Position numbers and translations under genes: made by a program | Shown: positions 1 to 18,063 of the stretch, in pieces | Layout: each line of letters begins with the position of its first letter | Numbering within the stretch: the stretch's first letter is position 1 | Notes under the pieces: model-generated | Databases searched by the model: none | What the model saw: only the letters and a program-made list of their open reading frames with translations | Told to the model about the DNA's origin: nothing | Assembly (NCBI RefSeq): GCF_009914755.1 | Contig: NC_060930.1 | Direction: 5' to 3' (one strand) | DNA: 64,000 bases | Origin: the human T2T-CHM13v2.0 reference genome, Homo sapiens

Positions 1-794
1 CCTGACTTCTCAGACGGGGTGGCTGGGCAGAGACGCTCCTCACCTCCCAGACGGGGTCGCGGCCGGGTAGAGGCGCTCCTCACATCCCAGACGGGGTGGC
101 GGGGCAGAGGCGCTCCCCACATCTTAGATGATGGGCAGCCGGGCAGAGACGCTCCTCACTTCCTAGATGGGATGGCGGCCAGGAAGAGGCGCTCCTCACT
201 TCCTAGATGGGATGGCGGCCGGGCAGAGACGCTCCTCACTTTCCAGACTGGGTAGCCAGGCAGAGGGGCTCCTCACGTCCCAGACGATGGGCGGCCAGGC
301 AGAGACGCTCCTCACTTCCCAGACGGGGTGGCGGCCGGGCAGAGGCTGCAATCTTGGCACTTTGGGAGGCCAAGGCAGGCGGCTGGGAGGTGGAGGTTGT
401 AGCGAGCCGAGATCACGTCACTGCACTCCAGCCTGGGCACCATTGAGCACTTAGTGAACCAGACTCCGTCTGCAAACCCGGCACCTCGGGAGGCCGAGGC
501 TGGCGGATCACTCGCAGTTCGGAGCTGGAGACCAGCCCAGCCAACACAGCGAAACCCCGTCTCCACCAAAAAAATACGAAAACCAGTCAGGCGTGGTGGC
601 GCACGCCTGCAATCGCAGGCACTCGGCAGGCTGAGGCAGGAGAATCAGGCAGGGAGGCTGCAGTGAGCCGAGATGGCAGCAGTACAGTCCAGCTTCGGCT
701 CGGCGTCAGTGGGAGACCGTGGAAAGAGAGGGAGAGGGAGACCGTGGGGAGAGGGAGAGCGGGGAGAGGGAGAGGGGAGAGGGGAGAGGGAGAG
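1..794 (-). mobile_element. SVA retrotransposon, 5' portion (hexamer 725-794, Alu-like ~340-720, VNTR 1-~340; continues left of the window)
   Basis: GC-rich ~40-bp VNTR units (gctcctcacttcccagacgggg), SVA-type Alu-like domain, (AGAGGG)n = (CCCTCT)n on the minus strand. Confidence 0.95.
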
Positions 795-974
795 CTAAAG
801 CATGTATTTATAATTGTTATATCCTCTTGCTAAATTGATCCTTTTATCATTATATAATCACTTTCTTTGTCTTTTTTTATCGTTTTTGAATTAAAGTCTG
901 TTTTATTTCATGTAAGTACAGCTACTCCCAGTCACTTTTTGTTTTTGTTTGCATGGAATATCTTTTTAATTATT

Positions 975-1260
975 TATTTTGTGAGATGGGGTCTCGCTCT
1001 GTCACCCAGGCTGGAGTGCTGTGGTGTGATCATGACTTACTGCATCTCTGAACTTCTGGGCTTAAATGATCCTCCTGCCTCAGCCTCCCAAGTAACTGGG
1101 ACTACAGGTGTGCACCATCATGTCCAGTTAATGTTTAAATTTTTCGTTGAGACAGGGTCTTGCTCTATTGCCCAGGCTGGTCTCAAACTCCTGGGCTCAG
1201 GTGATCCTCCCACTTCAGCCTCCCAAAGTGCTGGGATTATAGGCATGAGCCAACGTGCCA
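975..1260 (-). mobile_element. AluJ-like
   Basis: Diverged Alu; TSD tgcatg(g/a)aatatc. Confidence 0.85.
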
Positions 1261-1361
1261 AGAATGCATGAAATATCCTTTCCACCCATTCACTTTCTGT
1301 TTAATATGTGTTTTTACAGTGAAGTGAGCTTCTTACAGGCAGCATGTAATTGGGTCATGGG

Positions 1362-1645
1362 TTTTTTTGTTTTTTGACAGAGTCTTGCTCTGTCTCCCAG
1401 TGGTGCCATCTTGGCTCACTGCAACCTTCACCTCCCAGGTTCAAGCTATTCTCCTGCCTCAGCCTCCTGAGTAGCTGGGACTACAGGCACCTACCACCAC
1501 ACTCGGCTAATTTTTTTGTATTTTTGGTAGAGACAGGGTTTTACCATGTTGGCTAGGCTGGTCTCAGACTCCTGACCTCAAGTGGTCCACCTGCCTTGGC
1601 CTCCCAAAATGCTAGGATTACAGGTGAGAGCCACCGCTCCCAGCT
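1362..1645 (-). mobile_element. AluS-like
   Basis: Alu consensus; TSD ttgggtcatgggtttt. Confidence 0.85.
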
Positions 1646-1713
1646 TGGGTCATGGGTTTTAAAAATCTATTCAGTCAGTTCGTATCTTTTCGAAACATTC
1701 ACATGTATTTTTT

Positions 1714-1809
1714 AAGGCTAGTCAAGTGAAACAGTGGGAGTGGAGAAGGAACAAAGAAATCTGTAACTGGTTATGTTCAGTAAGTTGTAAACACCTCTGC
1801 ACTCAGACC
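1714..1809 (-). pseudogene. Y3 RNA (RNY3) retropseudogene
   Basis: Reverse complement GGTCTGAGTGCAGAGGTGTTTACAAC...CCAGTTACAGATTTCTTTGTTCCTTCTCCACTCCCACTGTTTCACTTGACTAGCCTT closely matches hY3; short A tail follows. Confidence 0.92.
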
Positions 1810-2458
1810 CTCAGGCTTTATCTTTTAAGAAGGAGTTCAATCCATTTACATTCAAGGATTCAAGGTTATTATTGATAGGTTAGGACTTACTTCTGTCATT
1901 TTGTTAATTGTTTTCTGATTGTTTTCGTATATCCATTGTTCCTTTCTTCCTTTCTTATTGTGTATCATTGTGATTTGGTTGTTCTCTGTAGTAATAAGGT
2001 TTGATTCTTTGCTTTCTTTTTTGTGTATCTGCCTAGCAGTGAGTTTTATACTTGTGTGTTTTCATGACAGTGATTATCATCTTTTCACTTTCAGATGTTG
2101 CAATCCCTTGAGCATTTCTTGTAAGGCTGCTCCATTGGTGATACATTTCCTCAGTTTTTGCTTGCCTGGGAAAGACTTTATTTCTCCCTCATTTCTCAAA
2201 TACTAGGTGTCGTATTCTTGACTGGCAGATTTTTTGTTCAGCACTTTGAATATATCATCCCATTCTCTCATGGCCTGTAAGGTTTCAGTGGAAAAATCTG
2301 ATGTTAGTCTAATAGGAATCCCCTTATATGTGACTTGACAGTTTTCTCTTGCTGTTTTTAGGATTCTCTTTTTCTTTGACTTTTGACAATTCAACTATAA
2401 TGTGCCTCAATGAGAACCTTTTTGAATTCTTCAGCTGCAGGATTTGTTTGGTTCTTTT

Positions 2459-3524
2459 TTTAAAAAAAAAAAGTTATAATGGAATCTAATTTATTATGAA
2501 GAATATGAATAAAGGCTACTTTTGGACCTGCAAATCGTATGTTAAATATTGAGGGGAGAAAGGAGAAATAAAAAGGAATACACATGAAAAGTGGGAGTGG
2601 TGCAAATGTGGAGGGAACATTCTTAGAAAGAGGCAAAGAGTTCAGAAGGGTATGGAGGGACAGTGGAGGCACTCATATATGGGGTACATGTGGGCAGCGG
2701 TTTGCAGCAGAGGAAAACAATCAGCTATTTGATGCTCATTCCATAAAGAGAGTTAGGCCACTGAAGGAGTTGGTTTATATACATTATCTTATTTAATCTG
2801 CCCATTAACTGGTAAGACTGATATTGTCCCTGCTTTATATGAAAAAACAGATTTACATGAATATGTCCAGGTAACTGGTGGCTAAATTACAAGGCAAAAC
2901 AATGTCTTCCCTACTCTAAAGCCCAGTTCTTGTCTTTAGCATTTGATAAATTTTACTTGTTGAGAGTGCTATATTTGTAATGTCATTCATTTTCCCTTAC
3001 CAATATATACCCTTCTCCAAGCTAAATCAGGTGTGTCCCACACACATATACACAAATTCCACATGGCATAAATCACATTATCATACCTATAAAAGGAACA
3101 ATTTCCACTTACAGCTACATATACCTAGGAGAGGTCAAAATTGAGTGCTGGGTTTCATCAAAAACTGTTTTCAACCAGGTAAAGTCATTAAACAACCATA
3201 AACTTTCAGCAAACTAACATCCTACAATTAGAATTTTGAGTAATCTGGTATGTACAAAATATTATTGGACCAAACTACAGACTACTTTCTGACCAATGGA
3301 CTGGATTTAGCCAATCATGTTTAGACTTATGGACTCATTCTGTTTTATTTGCAAAGGGAGTTTTCAATCATTAGTATAACCGCCTTGAAGCCCCCTTTCT
3401 AATGGATAGAGCCCCTTGATCTTCCACTCTGACCTTCCAGTTAACTATTTAATAAATTTTGTCTATGTTGTGTGTTCGTTTGTCTGGCAGGCAAGCAAAT
3501 AAACTCAGAATTGTGTGTTTTAAA
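2459..3524 (-). other. 1.06-kb retrotransposed non-L1 insert with a 14-bp TSD, interrupting the L1
   Basis: TGTTTGGTTCTTTT at 2445-2458 and 3525-3538; minus-strand AATAAA at 2495-2490. Confidence 0.7.
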
Positions 3525-3819
3525 TGTTTGGTTCTTTTAAAATTATTTCTATTTTTGTTGAATTTCTCAGCCATATTGTGAATTGTTTTTCTGATTTTGT
3601 TAAATTATCTAGCTGTATGTTTTGTATCTCACTGAGTTTCCTTCAGATCATTATTTTCAACTCTTTTTCCAGCAATTTTTTGATTTCCTTTTTACTGGGG
3701 TCTGTTACTATACAGTTATTATGTTCCTTTGGTGGTGTCATATTTCCTTGCTTTATCATGTTTCTTGTGCGTCTGTGTTGATGTCTATGCACCCGGTAAG
3801 ACAATTGCCTCTTCCAAAC

Positions 3820-4279
<460 letters not shown>

Positions 4280-5139
4280 TGCCTCTTCCAAACTTTCTGG
4301 AGTGGATTTTGCAGTAAAAGACTTTCACCTCTAGTTGAGTTTAGTGTGCCAGTTGGGAAGATGTAGTGACTCTGTTTCCAGATACGTGCAGTGGTATAGT
4401 CTGTGCAGCTTCTTCAGCTGCATTGAATGTCACCAATAAAAAAACACGGGCACCTTGGTGGCCTAGGCTGTTTGTGGCAGTGGTGGCAGCAGTGTAGGTT
4501 GTTAATATCCTGTGAGTTCCATGTTCAGGTGCTTGGAGTGGCTGTGGGGTGAGGGTCCTAGTCTCAGGGTCTCTCAAGCCTATTATGGCATTCGGGTCTT
4601 GGGATGCAGCTTTGCTCTCTGTGGGAAGTTTAGATGTAGGTTACCCAGAGCTAGGATCTGCAACCCTGAGGCACCCCACTAGGGGCTTGGGCCCCAAGGA
4701 CTGCATTTTATAACTGTGATTCTAACTCTAGTGGGGATGGGGGACAAGGCAGAGCACTAACCTGACTCTGGCAATGAAGGGGTGCTCTAGAGGTTTGGGT
4801 CTGGGGATCAGGGTATAGCTGCGATTCAGGAACCTGAGCCAATAGAGCTCAGTGGGAACTGAGGTCCCAGGGGATGAGCCACTGTGTAGTGGTGACTCTA
4901 GACCCTGGGGTGGTGGGGCTTGGCAGTATCCCAGCCTCTGTGAGAGCAGGTGCAGTGGTAGCAAGTACCCCAGAATAATGGAGCACAGCTGTCATCTGGG
5001 ACGTGGGTTGGGGCAGGAAACAGCATAGCAATGATTTTATTCTCCAGGGAGAGGGTGTCTCAGCAGCTCAGGCTCTAGGGGGATATTCCAGCCCCAGGGA
5101 AGCAGAGTGCTGGAGTTGTTTGGCTTGTAGGGTAGGGTG

Positions 5140-5807
<668 letters not shown>

Positions 5808-6372
5808 TAGCTCTGGCCTGAGGAGGAAACGGGAGGGGTAGGTGGCGTCGCTTCACCTCTGCCTGGCCCCATGGAGAAGGGTGTAACTGCTGCTCGCATT
5901 TCAGCTTGGGGATGTTGGGACACCAGGCTGGGAGGTTCAAAGGCAATTTAGCTTCAGGGATGAATGGGGATCTGTAACCACTTGCCCACAGAGCAAGTCA
6001 CACCCCAGCCATAGTTCCAATTCAGCAGCATGTGGATCAGGGCGGGGGAGTGGCCAGTGCTGGCTCCTTCTTTTGGGGCAGCACAGCTGTGTGGACTCCA
6101 GGCAGCTTCCTCAGCTGGGCTTAGTGCCTATGAGGACTGCAGAGGACAGTGGTGAGGTTTGTAGGTGTCTAAAGTTGATGGGAGTTGCTAGGATCCCCTT
6201 GTTTACCTCTTTGCTGAAGGGAGAAGCTGGTTCTCAGCTGATCCCAATTAGGGGACAGAATAGTGGAGTCCTGGCATTTCCTTCCATTCTCTATGTGGTC
6301 ATCCTGGGATTCTGTTACTCCTGTGGTGCACTCCAGCAGTCTCTCAGTTATTTTCATTAAAATGTCGTTGTT

Positions 6373-6578
6373 GGCCAGGTGCGGCGGCTCACTCCTGTAA
6401 TCCCAGCACTTTGAGGCCGAGGCAGGCGGATCACCTGAGGTCAGGAGTTCGAGACCAGCCTGGCCAACATGGTGAAACCCCATCATGAACCCAGGAGGCA
6501 GAGGTTGCAGTGAACCAAGATCGCGCCACTGCACTCCAGTCTGGGCAACAGAGCAAGACTCTGTCTCAAAAAAAAAAA
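6373..6578 (+). mobile_element. AluS with an internal deletion
   Basis: Left arm joins the right arm at gaaaccc/gaaccc. Confidence 0.85.
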
Positions 6579-6794
6579 GTCATTGTTTATTTGTTGTTCT
6601 GGCTATCTTTGTAGGAGGAACAAGCACTAGGGGCCATCTGCTAATGTCACTTTCCATGTGGTCATCTTATAATGTCTAAAAACTGGCTTGCCCCAGTGAA
6701 CCCTGGTGAGCTTCATCTTTCCATCTCAACTAGCTCATTAAAACATGTTTCTGAGCAGAGACAATATTCCCCTCACTACGTTCTACACCAAATG

Positions 6795-7613
6795 ATTTTT
6801 ATTTATTTATTTATTTATTTATTTATTTTTTTGAGTCAGAATTTCGCTCTTGTTGCCCAGGCTGGAGTAATAGCTCACTGCACTGTCCACCTCCTGGGTT
6901 CAAGCAATTCTCCTGCCTCAGCCTTCCGAGTAGCTGGGATTACAGGCAACCACCACCAGGCCCAGATAATTTTTTGTATTTTTAGTAGAGATAGGGTTTC
7001 ACCATGTTGGTCAGACTGGTCTTGAACTCTCGACCTCAGGTGATCCACCCACCTCGGTCTCCCAAAGTGCTGGAATTACAGGCGTGAGCCACCGCACCTG
7101 GCCACAAATGATTTTAAATTTAATTTTAAAATGTGACCATATGAAGCTGGGCAGGTTGGTACACACCTATAGTCCCAGCTATTCAGGAGGCTGAGACTGG
7201 AGGATTGCTTCAGGCCAGGAGTTTGAGTCCATCCTGGGCAACATAGGAAGATGCTCATCTCAAAAAAAAAAAAAAAAAAAAAAAAGTGATTATGAAAATT
7301 GTTAAGACATTTTAAAAAAAGAATAGTGAAGGCCAGGTGTGGTGGGCTTGAGCTTGTAATCCCAGCACTTTGGGAGGCCGAGGCAGGAGGATCACCTGAG
7401 CCCAGGAGTTTGAGATGAGCCTGGGTAACATAGTGAGAAACTTTCTCTACAAAAATACAAAAATTAGCTTGGTGTGGTGGTATGCACCTGTAGTCCCAGC
7501 TACCTGGGAGGCTGAGGTGGGAGGATTGCTTGAGCCTAGGAGGTCGAGGATGCAGTAAGCCTTGTGCCAGCCTGGGTGACAGAGTGAAACGCTGTCTCAA
7601 AAAAAAAAAAAAA
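6795..7613. mobile_element. Alu cluster (minus 6795-7103; plus monomer 7147-7285; plus AluJ 7331-7613)
   Basis: Alu consensus segments and poly(A)/(T) tails. Confidence 0.85.
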
Positions 7614-8529
7614 GGGGGAGACTTACCTTAACAACTTTTAAAATACGCTGTAAAGCTACTATAATTATAATTATGGTACATGTAAAGGATATAAACAAAT
7701 CATTGAGGCAAAACAGAGTGAGAAAACCTAATATTTTCTTTCCAAATCCCAGTGAATGATCTTATGATCTTATACATCCCCTGGATTAGGCAACTTTCCT
7801 TGGGGTCACTGATCTATGGCACAGAGAGAAAAAATTGCCTATCAAGTGATTACAACTGTTTGGGAACGATGCCTAATTTGAGAGTGCACATATTCATTTC
7901 TATCTTGATTTTATGCTTTCATTAATTGACTGATGAGAAGACATTGTATCGTTGCATTTTTGGGATCTTCCTTCTATTAACTAATTCACTCTTTAATTAA
8001 AATGAGCAAACTGGTAGCATAAACTAAGTTAAACCCACACCAGCTATCTTTAAACTTGAAAACATTAAAATTTGACATACATATTAAGAATTTTTCATAT
8101 GCAAAAACCCTGTACTTAATTTGGGGCAAAGAAAGGTTAGTGAAGTATGGAAAAGGAACTGAGTTTAATTGGTTAAGCTAAACATGAAAACAACTGCAAC
8201 GGAAAATAAAAAAACTTTTGAGAGGAAATCCAAATACTGAAGAAAAATGAAGAGGGAAAGCTATTTTGAGTAGTTGGCTTTTTAGCTAGGCCTTGAAGGA
8301 TGAAGAGGATCTTGGCTTAGGACGGAGAGGATTCAAACTGCTGGAAAAGCGTGAGTTTTTGTGATCTATATAAGCATAGTTTGGATTTTTTTTTTTTTTT
8401 TTGAAGAGATATGGTCTTGTTCTGTCACCCCAGCTGGAGCTGGAGTGCAGTGCTGTGATCATAGCTCACTGTAGCCTTGACCTCCTAGGCTCAAGTGATC
8501 CTTTCCAGCTCAGTCTTGCAAAGTGTTAG

Positions 8530-10120
8530 TGTGTCTGGAATTGGTGGGTTCATTGGTCTCACTGCCTTCAAGAATGAAGCTGAGAACACCCTGCAGTGAT
8601 TGTTACAGCTCTCTAAAGTGGCATGTCTGGAGTTTGTTCCTTCTGATGTTTGGATGTGTTTGGAGTTCCTTCCTTCTGGTGGGTTCGTGGTCTCGCTGGC
8701 TCAGGAGTGAAACTGCAGACCTTCACGGTGAGTGTTACAGCTCTTAAGGTAGCATGTCTGAAGTTATTCGTTCATTCTCGGTGGGCTTGTGGTCTTTCTG
8801 TCTTCAGCAGTGAGGCTGCAGACCTTCATGGTGACTGTTACAGCTCATAAAAAGCAGTATGGATCCAAAGGGTGAGCAACAGCAACATTTATCGCAGAGA
8901 GCAAAAGAACAAAGCTTCCACAGTGTGGAAAAAGACCCAAGCGGCTCGCCACTGCTGGCTCGGGCAGCCTGCTTTTATTCTCTTATCTGGCCCCACTCAC
9001 ATCCTGCTGATTGGTAGAGCCGAGTGGTCTGTTTTGACAGGGCGCTGATTGGTGCGTTTACAATCCCTGAGCTAGACACAAAGGTTCTCTAGGTCCCCAC
9101 CAGATTAGCTAGATACAGAGTGTGGACACAAAGGTTCTCCAAGACCCCACCAGAGTAGCTAGATACAGAGTGTTGATTGGTGCACTCACAAACCCTGAGC
9201 TAGACACAGGGTGCTGATTGGTGTGTTTACAAACCTTGGGCTAGATACAGAGTGCCGATTGGTGTATTTACAATCCCTGAGCTAGACATGAAGGTTCTCC
9301 AAGGCCCCACCAGAGCAGCTAGATACAGAGTGTCGATTGGTGGATTCACAAACCTCGAGCTAGACACAGGGTGCTGATTGGTGTGTTTACAAACCTTGAG
9401 CTAGATACAAAGTGCCCATTGGTGTATTTACAATCCCTGAGCTAGACATAAAGGTTCTCCACGTCCCCACAAGACTCAGGATCCCAGCTGGCTTCACCCA
9501 GTGGATCCCGCACCGGAGCTGCAGGTGGAGCTGCTTGCCAGTCCCGCGCCCTGCGCTCGCACTCCTCAGCCTTTGGGTGGTCGAATGGACTGGGCGCCGT
9601 GGAGCAGGGGGTGGCACTCGTAGGGGAGGCTCGGCCCCATAGCAGCTCATGGAGCGGGTGGGAGGCTCAGGCATGGCGGGCTGCAGGTCCCGAGCTCTGC
9701 CCTGTGAGAAGGCAGTTAAGGCCCGGCGAGAAATCGAGCGCAGCGCCGGTGGGCTGGCACTGCTGGGGGATCCAGTACACCCTCCGTAGCCGCTGGTCCG
9801 GGTGCTAAGTCACTCATTCCCCCGGGCCGGCAGAGCTGGCCGGCTGCTCCGAGTGCGGGGCCCGCCAAGCCCGCGCCCACCCGGAACTCCAGCTGGTCCG
9901 CAAGCGCCGCACGCAGTCCCGGTTCCCGCTCGCGCCTCTCCCTCCACACCTCCCTGCAAGCTGAGGGAGCCGGCTCCACCCTCGGCCAGCCCAGAAAGGG
10001 GCTCCCACAGTGCAGCGGTGGGCTAAAGGGCTCAAGTGCCGCCAAAGTGGGAGTCCAGGCAGAGGAGGCGCCGAGAGCGAGTGAGGGCTGTGAGGACTGC
10101 CAGCACGCTGTCACCTCTCA
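8530..10120 (-). mobile_element. Solo LTR12C (ERV9) with 4-bp TSD TTAG, inserted into an old Alu monomer
   Basis: Minus strand starts TGAGAGGTGACAGCGTGCTGGCAGTCC and ends ...CCAGACACA; TTAG at 8526-8529 and 10121-10124; Alu sequence 'aaagtgttag|gattacagg' is split by it. Confidence 0.95.
8970..9470 (-). promoter_or_regulatory. LTR12 U3 enhancer/promoter: ~40-bp tandem units with 8 CCAAT boxes and an AATAAA TATA-like box
   Basis: ATTGG at 9010, 9048, 9176, 9217, 9258, 9336, 9377, 9418; tttatt at 8974-8979. Confidence 0.75.
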
Positions 10121-10157
10121 TTAGGATTACAGGCATGAGCCCATTAAAGATATTAAA

Positions 10158-10460
10158 GGCTGGGTGTGGTAATTCACGTCTGTAATCCCAGCACTTTGGG
10201 AGGTAGAAGTGGGTGGATCACTTGAGCCTAGGAGTTCAAGACCAGCCTGGGCAACATGATGAAACTCTGTCTCTACAAAAAATACAAAAATTAGCTGGGC
10301 ATGGTGGCATGGGCCTATGGTCTCAGCTACTTGGTAGGCTGAGGTGGCAGGATTACTTAAGCCCAGAAGGTCAAGATTGCAGTGAGCCACGATCATGCCA
10401 CTGTACTCCAGCCTGGGCAAGAGAGTGGGACCCTGTCTAAAAAAAAAATAATAATAAAAA
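10158..10460 (+). mobile_element. AluJ
   Basis: Diverged full-length Alu. Confidence 0.85.
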
Positions 10461-10553
10461 AGATCTTAAAGTAGTACAGTGAGTCTGGAGAGAGGGTATG
10501 ATCAGTAAGCAGGCCCAAAAAGGTAGCTTGGAGTCAAATCAAGCTGGACTTAA

Positions 10554-10892
<339 letters not shown>

Positions 10893-11182
10893 TGAAGTCA
10901 GATAGACTCATGGCCTGGTGCTGCCACTCACCTACTGTCTGACTTTGAGCAATTTTCTCAAACTTCTTTTCTTCATTTATAAAATGGATATGAAAATGTT
11001 TATCTTACAAATTGTTCCAATTTGTAAGATGAGATAATGCATGTAAAAGACATTCTACATAGTAGACATATATGCAGAATGGGAAAAGTGAGAGGTTAGA
11101 GGCAGGGAGATTAGGTTTCGAAACTGATAATAAAGTTGGCTATTGATGAAAATGAATCATAACATATAATTAAGCTGTGCCA

Positions 11183-11699
<517 letters not shown>

Positions 11700-12022
11700 C
11701 TAGTATTCATCCCCCATATTTCAGCAGTCACTATAAAACATATCTCTAATATGTCACTTCCATTCTGCCTTCATCAAGCCAATTCAAACCCATATCTTCT
11801 AGGTTACTGTGAAAGCTTTTTTTTTTAAATTTTTATTTCTAAAATTATGTATGTTTGAGACAGGGTCTTGCTCTCTCACTCAGGCTGGAGTGCAGTAGCA
11901 CAATCTCACTACAGCTCACTGCAGCCTGAGCCTCCTGGGCTCAAGTGATCCTCCCACCTCAGCGAGACTTCGTCTCAAAAAACAAACAAACACAAAAAAA
12001 CCCCACATGGTTTTAACTCATT

Positions 12023-12024
<2 letters not shown>

Positions 12025-12056
<32 letters not shown>
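12025..12056. repeat. (AC)16 microsatellite
   Basis: Read directly. Confidence 0.95.
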
Positions 12057-12058
<2 letters not shown>

Positions 12059-12083
12059 CTAAACTTCACAGTTAATTTCTTAG

Positions 12084-12380
12084 GTTTTTTTTTTTTTTTT
12101 TGAGACGGAGTCTAGCTCTGTCGCCTAGGCTGGGGTGCAGTGGTGTGACCTTGGCTCACTGCAACCTCTGCCTCCAGGGTTAAAGCAATTCTCTGCCTCA
12201 GCCTCCTGAGTAGCTGGGATTCCAGGCACCCACCACCACGCCTGGCTAATTTTTGTATTTCTGGTAGAGATGGGGTTTTACCATCTTGGCCAGTCTGGTC
12301 TTGAACTCCTGACCTTGTGATCCACCTGCTTCGGCCTCCCAAAGTGCTAGGATTACAGGCATGAGCCACTGCGCCCGGCC
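12084..12380 (-). mobile_element. AluS
   Basis: TSD aatttcttag. Confidence 0.88.
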
Positions 12381-12389
12381 AATTTCTTA

Positions 12390-13834
<1,445 letters not shown>

Positions 13835-13952
13835 CTACATTTTATCACCTTAAAGGCTGGAGATCACCAGATAAGGGGGAAACAAACAGCAAAGTATCAG
13901 AGCTGCCCAGAAAGGAGGAATGCCACTCCTGCAGTTTTTCCTTTTCTGCTGA

Positions 13953-15631
<1,679 letters not shown>

Positions 15632-15781
15632 TAAGTGATACTCTGTAATCCTGACAGATCCTTAACCCCTTTGAGACACAATTTCCGCATCTGTAAAATG
15701 GGGTTAATGACAGTGTCTACCTCACAGGGCTGTTGGAATGATTATGTGAGCAATGCATATTAAATCCCTTACATTTAATAA

Positions 15782-16293
<512 letters not shown>

Positions 16294-16728
16294 CTTGGAA
16301 GTCAGTATTTTGTTATAAGCCAGAGTGTAGAGAGTATGGCTCTGTGACCTAAGGGTAGTTCCTCTGAGACAAGAAAGGAAGGAGAAAGGAGAAATTAGGG
16401 AGGGGGAAGAGAAAAATGGGGCAGAGAGAATCAGGAGGTTGAGACTGGGGTAAGGATGTATCTTAGTCCATAAGAGGAGACCCAGTGCTCTACACCTTGG
16501 GCTGAGGTGAGGAGTTAGATATGAGCAACACTTTTTGAGGCTCAGATAGTTTGAGAGAGAAATTGAGACAGCATAGGCTGGTGCTTTGCTTCTTCCTATT
16601 GGCACCCTTCCAGTCTTGTTTTGACAGAATGGAAGGAATAGATAGGCTCCAGAAAACATTCAGTTGGTCCTCTTTGAGGCATGGATGAGTTCCTGAAAGA
16701 CCCATGAGTAATGCAAGAAGAAAGGTGA

Positions 16729-17022
<294 letters not shown>

Positions 17023-18063
17023 AAGAAAGCTGAAAATTAAGAGTCACTGTGACTGTCCAGGTTCACGACAGCATAGGCACGGTACAGGGGTGCCATGGCA
17101 GGGGCTGTGTGCTGGACAGCCCAGAGCTGGAGCCAGGGGCAAGGGCAGCTGAGCCTCATAAGTACCAGTGCAAGGCAAGTGGGAAAAGCTATAAGCAGAG
17201 TTTGCCAGGCAATTGTCCTGCAGAAAGTTTCCTGGAGGACAGACCATTATTGACATCAGTGGTGAGTGAGGCCAGGACAGAAGTCTATGACCAAAAATTC
17301 TATGAGAAAACTTCTCCTCAACCAGGGTCAGCAGAAACTAGCAGAAGACGACAGACTACAGGTGCTACCCTGGCCAACAGGATAACAAAAGGAACCTTCC
17401 AGACCCATCCTTAGAAGCATGGGGCTCAGGGGACAGACTTCAAGAGGGGAAAAGAAGCTCTGAGGCTGAGTTTATATTGAATATTTACCTGCAAGAGCCT
17501 AAACAGGAAGAAACTGATCAGGAATCCTTTTCTACATATCTATACCAGTTTTTGATAATTCGTGTATTTTTACATTTTATTTTTTGTTAGCTTGTTTTCC
17601 TTTTCAAACTCTTCTCTTTTAAATCCTTTTTATTTTTTAAGAGAAAACTTCTAAGTTTCATTAAATTTTTTAAATTTATTTTTTACAGAAAACTTTTAAG
17701 CTTCGTAAATCCCTTTACGTTTCTTTTTCCAGTTAGCCAGCTTTAGATTTAAAATTTCATTTTACAAGCTTCAAGAGCCTTGAACCCTTGCTTATTCTGA
17801 AACATTTGGATGTGTAACACATCTTAATAATAAACAATCCGATCTTTCAGTATCTTCAGCAAAAAAGCCTATCTTCATAAACTCCTTTTGTTGACAGTTT
17901 TATTCCTAAATCTAATTGTTAATATCTTGTGCCTTAATAAGTAAAGATGTGTCTGAATTTCCTATTTTGACCAAAGCCATAAAATATATTGGTATGCTTG
18001 TGTCTCTAATGAAGCAGATCCGCAGAGAATCAAATGAGAAAAATCCAACAAAAAATAGAGGCA

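Noticed and set aside
2203-2394. ORF with clear protein similarity
   Set aside because: Decayed L1 ORF1p fragment, not a gene
9000-9470. Regularly spaced ~40-bp repeats resembling a CRISPR array
   Set aside because: Standard ERV9/LTR12 U3 tandem enhancer units without unique spacers, in a primate genome
9500-10110. CpG-island-like segment suggesting a gene promoter
   Set aside because: Entirely explained by the GC-rich 5' part of LTR12C
17049-17414. 121-aa plus-strand ORF in non-Alu intergenic DNA
   Set aside because: GTG start, no recognisable homology or splice structure; compatible with chance or a decayed repeat
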